The position numbers and the translations under genes were made by a program. 64,000 nucleotides of DNA from Okamejei kenojei (lineage: Eukaryota), in the NCBI GenBank assembly GCA_035221665.1, contig CM069174.1, positions 9,982,001 through 10,046,000 on the forward strand. Reading direction: 5' to 3'. How positions within the stretch are numbered: the stretch's first letter is position 1; each line of letters begins with the position of its first letter. Below the pieces are notes generated by a model. It was not told where the DNA came from and searched no databases. It saw nothing but the letters and a program-made list of their open reading frames with translations. Shown here piece by piece: positions 12,501 through 24,277 of this stretch.

Positions 12501-15226
12501 AAAATGTATCCCAATTTGAACGTGATGTGGACCCCCCCCCCCCCCAGTAAAGACATCCTTTGGATTATTGGTAAAGGGAGGGCGGAGCTTTGACAGATTT
12601 GAAGGGTCATTGCGTGCAGTGGGTTCATACTCTCTGTGCTTCTATCAAATTTCTTATCGTCGTGAGGTTTCAGTTGTATTTTTTTCCACTGACGCAGCAG
12701 CTATTTTGAGATAGTAACCCGGCTTTGAATGTGGGTGGGGAGTTACTGACCCAGTTTCTGATTGCAGTAAGCTGTATTTTGAGGCTGTTCTGTGTTTTTA
12801 AATCCAGGTTCAGGATGGCATCCATCCCGAAATCTTTCAGCTGCACACAGTGGCAAAGCTGTTCTTGGGACATCCACTAGCAATCCGTCACATTGATACA
12901 CGGCAGGCGGTAAGGAAGTGGTAGAGGAGTTTATTCCTGTTGACCCTTTAGAAACTATTTAAATAATATAAGTCTGTGGAACTCTATGTAAAACAATGCA
13001 TTTGTCTTTAAAATAACAGAATACATTGTTAAACACAAGTGAGTTGGATATTTTGCAAAGTAAACTTCTGTGGGTTTTTTTAAATGAGCCATATGCATTT
13101 GACTTCTGAAATGAAAGGCATGAAGGGAATGGTTGCTCATTGACCTGTACCCTGCTGTTATGTTGTTAGGAAATTTTTAGTCGGGTGATGTTTCTCACTC
13201 CGCACATGCCCTCCTTCATCCTACGCCATCGTATCCGGAGCCACATCATGGAAATCCGTCATTTGGACCAAGCTTTGAATAGTTTAGGATTGCATGAGCT
13301 GTCGGAGGATGAACTGAGAAATGTGAGTTGAAAGGTTGAGAGTGTGGAGCCAGTTGCTCAGCAATAGCTTGCATTTTATAAAGTGCTTTTAATGTAGAGA
13401 AATGTTTTGCAGAGCAGCAATTAGATGAAAAATGGATGCAGATTGTAAGAAGCGGACACAAAGCTTGGTTGGGTGGCGTGTAGCTTTTCGGAAGGAATTC
13501 AAGAGGTATGCGGTCTCATCTGCTGACAGCATGATCACCAATGGTGTGAATGGAAATGAAATTCAAGACCTCGAGCAGAGTTCATAGAAACATGCTGTAC
13601 AGAATCAGGCCCTTCAGCCCACCATGTCCTTGCTGCCCATCAACCACCTATTTACTCTCTCCATGTTTCCTGCAACTCTCCCTGGATTCTACTGTCCACT
13701 ACATGCCAGGGTCGATTTACAGTGGCCAATTGACCCACTATCCCATTCATCTTTGGGATATGGGAGGAAACTCGACCCATGCAACCAGGGAGAATGGACA
13801 AACTTGCACAGATGGCACCTGAGGTCACGGTTGGACCTAGGTGTCTGGAGATGTGAGGCAGCAGCTCCACTAGCTGCCGCAGGCTGCGAGTCTGGAAAAA
13901 GTTAGCGCTAGAGAGGTCAGTTTTAAAATGAGCAATCAGAATGTGGGGGAGGGTTGATTGGCACCTTTGTCTCTCTCCCCTCACCCCATATTTCTAAGAC
14001 ACTAACCTCATTAATATTGCAACATCAAACAGGCATCCTGATACAGATCAGTGTCCAGTAACCAGCAGCCTATAAAACTTTCAAGGGGATGATGTGACAA
14101 CAGTCCAGAATCTGTAATGTTGTGATTCCAGCATCAGTCCATATTATTGTTCTGGGTCCTATGCACACTTTGAAATAGATCTGGAAGCATTGTCCTCTTG
14201 CTCAGTAATATGGGTAATAGTGGGACATAGAAGTTTGGAAATACTTGCTTTCTACTTTACTCTATTGTCTTAAAATACAACCAGGGAAGCATTTGTTTTG
14301 AACTTCATCACTGTCCTTTGCAAAGTTAAGAAGGGATAAGTTTTATTATTGTAAATCCAGTCATTTAAATGTTTTTTTTGTTGCTTTCTCTTGCATTACT
14401 CCACCAGGTGAGTAACATGTTATGAATGCTTTGGAATGAAACCTTTCCCTGGTGAATAATCAGACTGTTGTGAAAACTTCTGCTGAAGTTTGGCCTGTGT
14501 ACGGCATGTGATGGTCTTGCGTGAAGTTAGCTATTTGTAATTCAGATGTGAGGCTCAACTTGAGTCCATCAGTAATACAAGCCAAATATGTTGTCATTTT
14601 GATCTTTTAAATTAATTAATTTAGACACAAGCTCTCTTGTACACTGAAGCAATGTAACACTGGAAGAGGGCAATTCGTTTGCTGTTTAATAAAATAAAAT
14701 GCTGCTTTCTCTGTACTTTGATTTGCCTGCCCAAACATGCTTGGCCTGCTCATTGTTTCTTTTTGCTTCTGATTTCAAGGCATGTTATGTAAGAGGTTTG
14801 AATTCGGTGCACCTGAATGCAGCACAGTGCAAGGACTGGTTAATCAAATGGCTCCAGCTTTCCAAGAAATTAAAAGGTGAATTAAAAGGTTACCTGTTCG
14901 GTGCATTTATCCTCCTGTTGGTGATTAAGTAATTATTCAGTGGTGTGAACGTTTTACTGCATAAGTATTGTAACGGGCTTCTCCCGAAATCTAACTTCCA
15001 TTCTCTAGAATTAATTGATCTGTTCGAGCATAGGAGGAAACCATTGTGGCCAATGTAGGAGTTGGAAAGTGATCAGTTTTCTACAATGTGTGCAAGTTAA
15101 TCATCTGCTAATTCTAAAAATATAATTTATTTTCTGCTTTTAGATTCTGAAGCCTCTCTGCTATTGCACAGCATGGTGTTACTTTCCACAAATTACCTCA
15201 AAAAGCTGCCAGAGAAAAGCAAGTAA
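3209..15226 (+). CDS. LETMD1: LETM1 domain-containing protein 1, spliced CDS join(3209..3300,6977..7137,10754..10869,11099..11181,12105..12291,12808..12909,13170..13322,14780..14876,15144..15226), 1074 nt, 357 aa
   Basis: All introns are GT-AG with compatible phases. The translation has LETMD1 motifs ([82 protein letters not shown]). It is convergent with CSRNP2, as in human. Confidence 0.95.
3927..4137 (-). mobile_element. Palindromic Penelope-derived element inserted in an old CR1 fragment (~3810-4700)
   Basis: Inverted arms tcaggcagcatctctggagaacatgga / tccatgttctccatagatgctgcctga; flanks agataatctg / agatcatctg. Confidence 0.65.
5601..6119 (-). mobile_element. 5'-truncated Tx1/L1-clade LINE (ORF2 C-terminus, 3'UTR, poly(A))
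   Basis: Open frame FCGEEETVFHIYMECERLQPLF...VNILI stop at 5706; minus-strand AATAAA then an A-tract (T run 5600-5619); 13-bp TSD GTGTTGGAGCAAT at 5588-5600 and 6120-6132. Confidence 0.85.
6200..6860 (+). mobile_element. Highly degenerate CR1-like fragment
   Basis: Decayed CR1 ORF2 end and 3'UTR (aaatggcctccttctctg...tttctatgat). Confidence 0.45.
6977..7137 (+). CDS. LETMD1: LETMD1 exon 2
   Basis: ccgcag| acceptor, G|gtaagt donor; encodes ...[28 protein letters not shown]. Confidence 0.92.
7985..8898 (+). mobile_element. CR1-clade LINE 3' portion (relatively young)
   Basis: KFADDTKLGG RT motif; ...SRTRGHSLRIRSRPFRAEMRENFFTQRVVNLWNSLPQKAVE; 3'UTR ending in ctattgt repeats. Confidence 0.85.
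8930..9975 (+). mobile_element. Older CR1-clade LINE fragment with a short antisense LINE tail inserted (~9070-9140)
   Basis: LFMIYINALEEG..CKVSSFADN RT motif; decayed 3' end. Confidence 0.7.
10433..10528 (-). repeat. Penelope-derived short element (single arm)
   Basis: gtagacacaaaatgctggagtaactcagcggg...gggtgacgttttgggtcgagaccctgcttcagac. Confidence 0.7.
10754..10869 (+). CDS. LETMD1: LETMD1 exon 3
   Basis: cgtag| ... CAG|gtgaga; (G)[38 protein letters not shown]. Confidence 0.95.
11099..11181 (+). CDS. LETMD1: LETMD1 exon 4 (hydrophobic/transmembrane segment)
   Basis: ttccag| ... AT|gtaagt; [27 protein letters not shown](M). Confidence 0.95.
12105..12291 (+). CDS. LETMD1: LETMD1 exon 5
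   Basis: ttgtag| ... AAA|gtacgt; [21 protein letters not shown]...LGNK. Confidence 0.95.
12808..12909 (+). CDS. LETMD1: LETMD1 exon 6
   Basis: atccag| ... GCG|gtaagg; VQDGIHPEIFQLHTVAKLFLGHPLAIRHIDTRQA. Confidence 0.93.
13170..13322 (+). CDS. LETMD1: LETMD1 exon 7
   Basis: tgttag| ... AAT|gtgagt; EIFSRVMFLTPHMPSFILRHRIRSHIMEIRHLDQALNSLGLHELSEDELRN. Confidence 0.93.
13583..13880 (-). mobile_element. tRNA-derived V-domain SINE (HE1-like)
   Basis: Antisense tRNA-like head (gtgaggcagcagctccactagctg), V-domain (tctttgggatatgggaggaaac...gggagaatggacaaact) and CR1-like tail. Confidence 0.6.
14780..14876 (+). CDS. LETMD1: LETMD1 exon 8
   Basis: ttcaag| ... AAG|gtgaat; [32 protein letters not shown]. 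Confidence 0.93.
15144..15226 (+). CDS. LETMD1: LETMD1 exon 9 coding part to stop
   Basis: ttttag|; (D)[26 protein letters not shown] then TAA. Confidence 0.93.
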
Positions 15227-15554
15227 ACCTTAAATGCAAGACTAGGGAGTGGCCATATGTTTACCCAAGACATCTGTGCGTTGTGTTGACAAGGATTTTT
15301 TCGTTATTGCAAGACAAACTCCTGAATGCAAAAATCTGTGACTATTAACTTGCCTCCTCTGATGTACTGACTATGCTGAAGACAAAAATGTTTACTTGAA
15401 GTACAAATTAATTAATTTAAAAAGAAACAATGTGCCAGTATTTTTTTCATTTTAGAGCGTGAGATTTTATTTGAATTGTATTATTTTCCATTTCAAGTCA
15501 CATGAGCAGATTTATTGCTGTGGGAAATAACCATATGTAACTTTATATGTAAGA

Positions 15555-15712
15555 AATATAGAAAATAGGTTCAGGAGTTGGCCCTTCGAGCCAGCATCGC
15601 CATTCAATATGATCATGGCTGATTATCCAAAATCAGTACCCCGTTCCTGCTTTCTCCCCATATCCCTTGATTCTGTTAGCCCCAAGAGCTAAATCTAACT
15701 CTCTCTCGAATA
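15555..15712 (-). mobile_element. CR1 3'-end fragment inside the LETMD1 3'UTR
   Basis: Reverse complement of the 8738-8898 CR1 tail. Confidence 0.75.
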
Positions 15713-17865
15713 CATCAAGAGGTTCAGAGGTTGCTCTCAAAGTAAGGGTGATGTTCACAGCTTTTGCATGGTTTATGACAGTGGGGCAACATCTTAATCA
15801 AGGACTGCGAAACGAGATCATTAGAGTTCCATTTAGATGCACTGCTCCACTGTCTGCTTGTGGACTGATGTTGGTATGGAAACCCATCAAAGGGTGTGAA
15901 GTTCCTGCACTTGCACGAGAATTTCCAAGTTCAAGTACCATCTTAAAGGGTTTAAGTGCTAATTATTTCCAAACAATCCTTCTAAAGATATAAATTATCC
16001 TTTAACCACTGGGGATTCTCAAACCTTTAAGTTTTTATATTCAGACTTTTTATTTCTGACTTCTCGTTTGCTTAAATATTCTTCTCTCCCTTGACATTGA
16101 AATTTACCACCTCTAACAAACAATGATTACCATACACCTTGGTCATCAATGTTCAGGCCACAATCCATTAATCTGGTTGAGGAGATGCTGTGTCACTTAC
16201 CTTGTTTGCTCATATTCCAGATGCCCCACTTTCGTCTGTCCCTTCCAGCAAGTCACCATGTAAAATATCACTGGTTGAACTGCCAAAGGCAAGTATAACT
16301 AACAGCAGATGCTGTTCTTTGGTTGAGAGATTTTTTGGTCTTATCAAACAGGACCACCTCCCATTTGAGTAAGATTACATTAGGCCAAGGTCAGTGATTC
16401 ATCTAAAAAGGAGTTTGTATTGTGGATTGATGCTTATTAAAAATTACCCAACCTAGTGGCCTACATCTGCTAGTTTTTATCCTTTCAGCCGGCTCTTGAA
16501 AACCAGTTGCACAGTAGATGGACCCAAGTACTTTCTTATGCTTGTGAACTATCCTCAAACCCAGAAATATTTGGGCCAGTGACATTAAAACAATAGAAAA
16601 TACTGTGAATCAATCGGAAAAGGCCACCAATACTCGGGTAAAGCAGCATCAGTGGAAAAAGAGTTCATGGTTCAGACAGGCTCTGCTGCCTGAGTACAAC
16701 AGCGGGTCCAGTGGCAAGTTGGGCCTAATCCATGACTTAAAGGTGTTACTAGTACACTGATAGTAGTTACTAAATTTCAAAATAAATTGTATCAGTTGAA
16801 TGAGTGTTGGATAATGCTTTCTAATCCTGCATTTCCCAAGTAGCTAAATTATTAAAGAATATAATACCTTAGATCGGCTAAATTACTAGTTTAGTTGGCT
16901 GTTGAAGCAATGCAATTCCATATTTGTTTTGGCTGAGGTTACATTTAAAGATGCTGCTACCCATTTTAACCCCAATATACAGCAGCAAAGGGAAGTCTAA
17001 ACTTTATCAAGATACATGTGAGATGTTGCCAACAATTTATCTATTGATTTTGTATTTTAATCCTATTTTTAAAATATCTGAATGCTCCCACAGCTTCTGA
17101 TAGTTTCATTGTCTCAATGTGCATGGTGATTGAGTGTAATTCAAGGGATGACATGTTATTGTCTGCCACCTAAACAGGAAGGTTAAGGCATTCAAAGTTT
17201 AAGCACTGATGTTTGAATTCTGATGGTTAGAAAAAAAACCTGCAATTTACCAGGACATGTGTCCCTTTCAGTGATTTATATCTTAAATTTGTGGCACTGG
17301 CCTCTGTTACAAGGCAGCTGTCACCATCATCTTGGGGTAGATTTCCATATGAAACATCATACTACATTTTGAATAGTTGGAGTAAATGGAGATGACTTAC
17401 AGATTCTTTTCCAAAGTTGCATTTAAGGGGGTGATTTTTCACTTTCACTGCCTGACTGCTGGCTGAATGGTTTGCTTGCCTTTCCAAAGCAAGTGGTCCT
17501 TCCATCTTTACCACCTGAAGCGGCATCACAAATCTGTACAAAATGGACAATTTAATTCCTTTTATGAAATTTGGATTAACATGCTCATCTAAGTAGGTTT
17601 TGTATAAACACCTAATGCACTGATAGCCTGCTTGTATGCTCCTGTACTAATTGTTTTTGTGATTTTTATTTTTGAATTGTGCACTGCATATGACATGTAA
17701 AAGTTTACTTTTTGATCTCTTGAGTTGTACTTAATTTTTATGTGAAGATGGATGCCTTAATTCAACAAGTACTTTTATTTGTAAAATGCACTGCAAATGG
17801 ATATGTGACTGAGTATAGTTGTGGTTAACTTCAATGTGGAAAAAGTATAAAATCCCTTGGATGTG

Positions 17866-17871
17866 AATAAA
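17866..17871 (+). terminator. Probable LETMD1 polyadenylation signal AATAAA (implies a ~2.65 kb 3'UTR)
   Basis: AATAAA followed by T-rich/GT-rich downstream sequence at the end of an AU-rich UTR-like tract. Confidence 0.55.
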
Positions 17872-18538
17872 CAAATATTTTTTACTTTTTGTCATCACGC
17901 TTTGGTCAAGTTGGTTAGTGACCAGTAAACATGACAGAGCTGCAAGGGCTGGATATTAGGTAAATTATATTTAGCCCTTGTTGGTAAGGTCCTAAAACTA
18001 ATTAATTCATGGTAAAGCTTTTGAATCCCTTGCCCCAGAGGTCAATAGCAGCACATAGTGAGTCACTTCATATGAAAGGCCAGCATACTGAAAAAATGGC
18101 CAACTCCATGTTTTTAAAGATCTTAGAGGAAGCAGTAGAGATATGATCTATATGCCCAAAGGTGTGTGGTGGGGTGAAGGAAAGGAAGCACAGAAAGCTA
18201 TAATTGAGTGGGGAAAATAACTAAAAGATAGGGCTCCGCCTCACTGTCCCTGCTTAGTTTACTATGCACCAATTCTTGTCATGTTACCATAAAACTTCTA
18301 CATTAAGCTCCTCAACTTTTTAACTTCTAATAACAGCTCATCTGGTCTCCATTCCAAATGTCCTTAAGATACATTGATTAAACCCCAGCTTTGGAACGGA
18401 GGTTTCAGCATTAGGGTTGTTGCATCAGCCACTGATGGAGTAAGAGCCCCCTATCCATCTACTTGATAACATTGAAGATGGTTACAAAAGACACAATGAT
18501 TGCAGAATCTCAATCAAACAGGTTTACACCAATCAATA

Positions 18539-18544
18539 TTTAAT
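18539..18544 (-). terminator. Candidate distal CSRNP2 polyadenylation signal ATTAAA
   Basis: Minus-strand ATTAAA followed by GT-rich sequence; other minus-strand AATAAA candidates lie near 19096, 20640, 21940 and 22097. Confidence 0.3.
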
Positions 18545-20059
18545 ATAAATATTGCATCTATGTTCATCACACTTGCTTCTTCAAGATCCAATTGACTTGA
18601 AGTAGTGCTTAGAGCAATCAACATTTACTGACCCAATAAGGCAAAGCCACAGGCTCTTAAAGGGATACACCACTTTATGCACATTTACACTTTAGCAGCA
18701 ATATTATACATGCTGAGCACAGACTAGTGCTGCAGTGTTTATAAAACACAGCTTAGCTGCCCTACTATGAGCAGCACTGTACAATTCGGCTGGCTTTTGT
18801 TTTAAATACCTCCATTAGCAAGAGATAGCAGGAACTTTATATTACCTTGCCGGATACTGGTCATTGAACAGAACACTACATTATCCCCTGAATAATCTTT
18901 TAAACAAAGGATTGTTTTTTTTCTATCCAAATGACAGCCCTGAAAGGGGCACTTGAAACACAAAATACTGATCCAGTTCAAACAAAGAAACCCTATTCAA
19001 ACTTCTTAAAATAATTCAGATGCTTTGAATCAAATTTTAAATTCTCATTTTGCTGCTGTGATTTAAAGCAACTTATTCAATAAATATTTAAAATGTTTAT
19101 TTTGCATTATAGCAATGGCAGCTTTGATATGACACTTGCACTACTTAATTTTGGATGAAAGAAATAGTATTTCACTATTACAGCTTATTTGATAATAATG
19201 TTCATGGTGACAAAGTACAGCAATCTCAAGCTTTAGTGGACCTGCTTGGATTTTTAAAAGCATCAACCAAAACCCTTATGGCTTTCGTGCAAAAATTAGT
19301 TCCATTTGAGAATAAGGAATATTCAAGTGACAAAAAAAAATTGCATTGTGCTTTATTACCGACTCATCCCACCTCTGGTTGTAGTTCTGTGGCAATTGCA
19401 AAACGCCGGGGATTTAAATGAGACAGTAAATTTCACAGACCGCTGTTTGGGACAGTTGGCACTTGGGATGGAATTGAAAGGTAGTCAGACACTGCATTTT
19501 TAAACGGAGGGGGCAGCTTGTCCTCGGAACGTTGACAGGCAATCTTGCAAAGCCTCATAGTTGGTGGTGTAGCTTTTAAGCTTTAAGGTCTGACCAACTA
19601 ATCGTGGCAGTTATCTGTAACAAATCACAAGCACTGAAGCAGCTCAAGTTTGATACTTACTGGAAATTAAGCAGGGACTCACGAGCGTTAGGGAATATAA
19701 ATTTAACAGGCTGAGACCCTACCAACACTTTTTAGCAGTTTACTTTAACATAAATGGCAATAATTAGCTAAATGTGCAAATATAGGACAGAGTGCCAGAA
19801 AAGATGTTGCACTCCCTCTCACTGGTTCAAAAGCAATCCACCATCACCAACCAAATAGTTTCCAACAAAATTCCTTTAAATTGTTTGCCCATGAAAACAG
19901 AACCTTGTGGAAAGTAATCAAATCCATGCCCACTGTTCTTCAGGCTCCATTCTTTTGTGGTAATTTGTTAATACTCTGAATTGTCTTCTTGCCCCATGCA
20001 CTACCACCTCCCCTTCCCCACCACCACCCTGACATGGTTCATCTCCTTCACAGTAAATA

Positions 20060-20455
20060 ATTCCGGACAGTAATGCTGTCAGCAAAAGTGGCAGTCATAT
20101 TGCGCATAGCAAGCTCCCATAATCAGCAGGTAAGGGCCTGATGATCTGCTCCTTAATGTTGGTTGCAGGAGTATTTTTGGTCAGGAGACCAGGGAGATCA
20201 CCCCTGCTCTTCTGAAGAGAGCTGTGAAATCTTTTGCATCTGGCCTCTTTCATAACTCGCAAAAAAATGACACTTGTAAAAGTGGGGTGCTACGTTGGCA
20301 TCGCTCCTCTGCCAGCCTGACACTCTTGGCATTGCCCCTCTGGCAGCATTACACTGTACTTCAAGTGCCAGTCTAGAGCTTGTGCTCATGCCTCTCTAGC
20401 AGGACTTGAATGCACAATCTCAGACTCAGAAAGAGGAGAGGATCTGAGCCATGGT
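20060..20455 (-). mobile_element. Ancient Deu-domain SINE (SacSINE1/AmnSINE1-like)
   Basis: gcaagctccca...ggagatcacccctgctcttc...aggacttgaatgcacaatctcagactcaga. Confidence 0.5.
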
Positions 20456-23400
20456 GGAAGAATCTATTCTGTGAACAATACAGGGGAGCAGAGTCCATAG
20501 GGGAGGTGCTAAGTAATTCCCCACTTCTTGCTTTGCGCCTCATTTAATCCAAACCCACGTGTACCATTTTCACACAACACAAACCAGACTCGGGGCAGAG
20601 AAAGTCCACTTTGCAATATTGATTCAAAGGGTGAGAGCCTTTATTGAAAATAAATGTTTTGCGATGTTTGTCAGCCGCTAATCTCAAAGTTGCAATTTGC
20701 GTCAAGACTACAATTTTGCGACACAACAGATGCATTGCGATGGAAATGGTGCAGAGATGTTTGTGCGCTTTCATGCCCGATTATGGTTTGGGGACAAAAT
20801 GCAACCCATTTACAGTTAGCTGGGGCAGGGAAGAGAAACGAGGATTACAACCAACACAGAATAATATGGCAGAACAAATCAGCAAGAAGCAACTTAGACT
20901 TAAACCAGTTTACATTTGATCACATAAACATCTCAGTCCTTGGTCACTTTAGAAGTATTTTTTGAGTATGCCCTGCATTAATATTGCAGGTTTGTTGTCA
21001 GTTTATATTCTCCAACAGTACAATAGCTTGCAGTCATTCACATAGTGACAGCTGGCATCAAAACATATACTTTGAAGCAACTCAGTTCAGCAACTTGTTA
21101 AAAGAGGCAAATTCTAGTGAGACATTCAACTCCATAGACAGTTCATACCCTCTCCTCTTGGTCCTGCAGGTTATCATTACATTTACTATAAAATATGATG
21201 TAAAATTTGCACAAGTGCACTTTCTTATAAGCAACTTGTACAATGCAGAAGGTTGTTGCATTAAAACGGTCAGTAACTTGTCCACTTGCTTTGCAGTAGC
21301 TTCGAATTCAGAGCTTCTTGGATATAGGGCAGTAATCCAAACATGGTGTAATGTGGTGTCGAGCTACTTACAGAACCATTTTGTGTTTGCTGTCCTAGAT
21401 GCAGTGTTTGCTTTATAAAATCCCAGTAGTGGCAGGAGTGCTGTGTTCCAAGTGGTGACATTTGCTTGACACACACCCCATTAAATAAAAATAGAAAACT
21501 CTTACTACCCCCCCTGCTCCCACATCCGCTCCCCTCCTGCACCCCCACCACCAGTTAAAACGGGCACAGTTGGCCTCCAAGACCACTTTAAAGCACTTCA
21601 GAATCAGCTACTCCTTCGTGTTCAGTCACAGCGCACACCAAATGTTTTCTTTTTTAAAAAGCAAGTTTTACCTCAGTCTGCTTCAAGATGTTTTTTGTCC
21701 CAATTACTTTCAAAGCTGTTTGTAACGTTGATTTCCCCCTTAAGATGGCAACAGTGAGAAGCATTATATTATATGTACAGTACCTACAGATACATTTGCA
21801 CCAAACTGGTCACAAGGCCACTAACAAAGTGCAACAGTGACAACTATCAATAAAAAATCTTATTCAAATTCCTTCCCCTCTCCCACACAGCCCCAAAAAC
21901 ATACCATAAGATGAAAAGAGTATAATAACTCCATTAGTTTTATTAATGTCCTTCCAAGAAGGAAATCCCCACTCTTTTTACCTTGTCTGGCTTCTGTGCG
22001 TAGCAATACAGTTTGACTCTTAACTGACATTTGAAATGGCAAGCCATTGAGTTTAACAGCATTTAAAGATGTTCATTAAATGCTAGCCTTGCATTTTTTA
22101 TTCATCCCGTGAATAAAAAGCCATTATGAATCACTGTTTAAGACTGTTCTTGGATCTTTGTGAATTCGCAGTACAGATCATTTTCCCCTTTGAGCACCAA
22201 TATTTGTATCAAGCACATCCAAACTTAGGAGGGTTAAATGCAGGATAAAAATTCCTCGGACAGTATCTTCACAAGACTGTTTAATTTCAGCCACAGAGCA
22301 ACTGGTGGCTAATGTGACATATTCCATTTTCACACTGGCTGTCCCAATAGCCTCATTTGAAAGCTCTGCCCAAGTTTTCTTTTGGCCAGTCGGGTTTATT
22401 TTTTAATCCATCCTCCCTCCAGGCAACAAAGGATCTACTCTTCTTTTGACTGAACAGACTATCTGAGCCAGGTTTAGCTGAAATTGTTTTACACTCTTCC
22501 CTTCTCAAACATGGCATCTGTTCAGCTTCAATCATAATCACATAAATCACACTGTTTTCCTACAAATTCATCCAGAGTTGGATATGCACACTGCTTAAAA
22601 CATAGCTTCTCATACGCTCAGCTTTTTCAAATGATTCCTTATAAATAAACCAATCAATGCTGCTAACCAGTATGCAGTGATTTAACAAAGAATTTTACAC
22701 ATTTTTATACATAATTCACAAGACTCAAATATATTTAAATAAATTCTCCCCACATATTCATCCAGTTTTACCAAAGTGCTTTTCATAAAAAGTGTATTGA
22801 ATCACTTGTGGGTTGAACGCCACACAAGTGGTTGTCAGCCTTAGTCATTTCGACAAATTATTCCATTTCAATTGTAGATTTGTTTCAAGGCAGATGCCAG
22901 AATTGGGAGAAGCTGAGTGAAAGAGTCAGGGATTGTAAAATAAAAGACTAGCAGCAAGTCAGGTGACAAGCCCAGCCCGCTATGCAATTCTGGAAACTTC
23001 AGATTCAGCACAAAGGTGTGCAGTAAATGGCCTCTTTTGGAGGGCAGCTTCACACGATACATTTGAACCCATCTGAAATTGGGCCAATTTTAATCAAAGT
23101 AACATTGCACGCAGCCCTTGAAATGGGTGGAGAGGTGACGAGATGCTTTCCAAAGCCGCTTGTAGTCCCATGATGAAAGTGATGTATGCTAAGCCTCCTC
23201 CAGCAGCTAAACAACGACTGCTGCACATCTGAAAAGGTGCAGAGCTCAGAGATCATCTCACTCTCTGTATAAGTCCAACTCGATGTGAGCTGACCGGCAG
23301 CTTCAGAGCCGGTGGGAGAGGCCAATGGCATGTGGAACTGTGCAGTGGCAGAGCTCCAACTGTAATGCTGTGTAATGGCAGTGATCAGGCACAAGGAAAA

Positions 23401-24012
23401 AATGCTGGCTACGTCAGACTCAGAGCAGACAGGGCAGAGGTCAGGGAGGAGGGGAAGTAGATTTTTTTCTTAAATGAAACCAGATCTATTCAAAAAGATA
23501 TGAAGAGCAGAACTTGAAGCAACATACCACACCTATGATATATATATTTTTTAATCACTCGCTGGATAAAATTCACTTGGAATCTCTGCTATAAGGCCAT
23601 TGGCCAGTGGTTCATTCAGAGCTAACTATGAAGGACACAGACTGACAACCACATACCGACAGAGATAGAAACTTCAGCACTTGCAGTGGACAGATCGAAT
23701 TACTGCATTTCCACCACAAAAACAAAACAAAAAAAATCAATGACACATTAACTTTTTTAAAAGGTACCTTTAGGATACAATGCATAATCTCTGGTCATTT
23801 CAGATCACTGTTTTGCTCTTTGTGTGTGCTTTGTTCAAATGACCTCTCACTTAATCAAACTGTTACACATTGACTGCAGGTTAAGATGCAAGATCCAAGT
23901 TGCAGTTTATAGGCTTCAGAGCTAGACTGGATTTAAAAATTGAGAGTTGTTCCTGTAAACAGGATGGATCAACTAGAAAGAGTTCCAAGAGACAGGGCTT
24001 CTTCAACACCAA

Positions 24013-24277
24013 GGTACACAAAAATGCTGGAGAAACTCAGTGGGTGCAGCAGCATCTATGGAGCGAAGGAAATAGGCAACGTTTCGGGCAGAAACCCTTC
24101 TTCAGATTGAAGAAGGGTTTCAGCCCGAAACGTTGCCTATTTCCTTCAGACTGAAGAAGGGTTTCAGCCCGAAATGTTGCCTATTTCCTTTGCTCCATAG
24201 ATGCTGCTGCACCCACTGACTTTCTCCAGCATTTTTGTGTACCTTCGATTTTCCAGCATCTGCAGTTCCTTCTTAAA
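24013..24277 (+). mobile_element. Palindromic Penelope-derived element with three hammerhead-like cores
   Basis: ~90-bp inverted arms, an internal 44-bp tandem duplication, and a 14-bp TSD TTCTTCAACACCAA (23999-24012, 24278-24291). Confidence 0.85.

Noticed and set aside
14603-15425. ~20-bp inverted match (tcttttaaattaattaattt) flanking exons 8-9
   Set aside because: Low-complexity, self-palindromic AT sequence expected by chance.
24078-24180. Repeated 44-bp unit as a CRISPR-like array
   Set aside because: Vertebrate DNA, no unique spacers and no cas genes; it is an internal duplication of a PLE-derived element.
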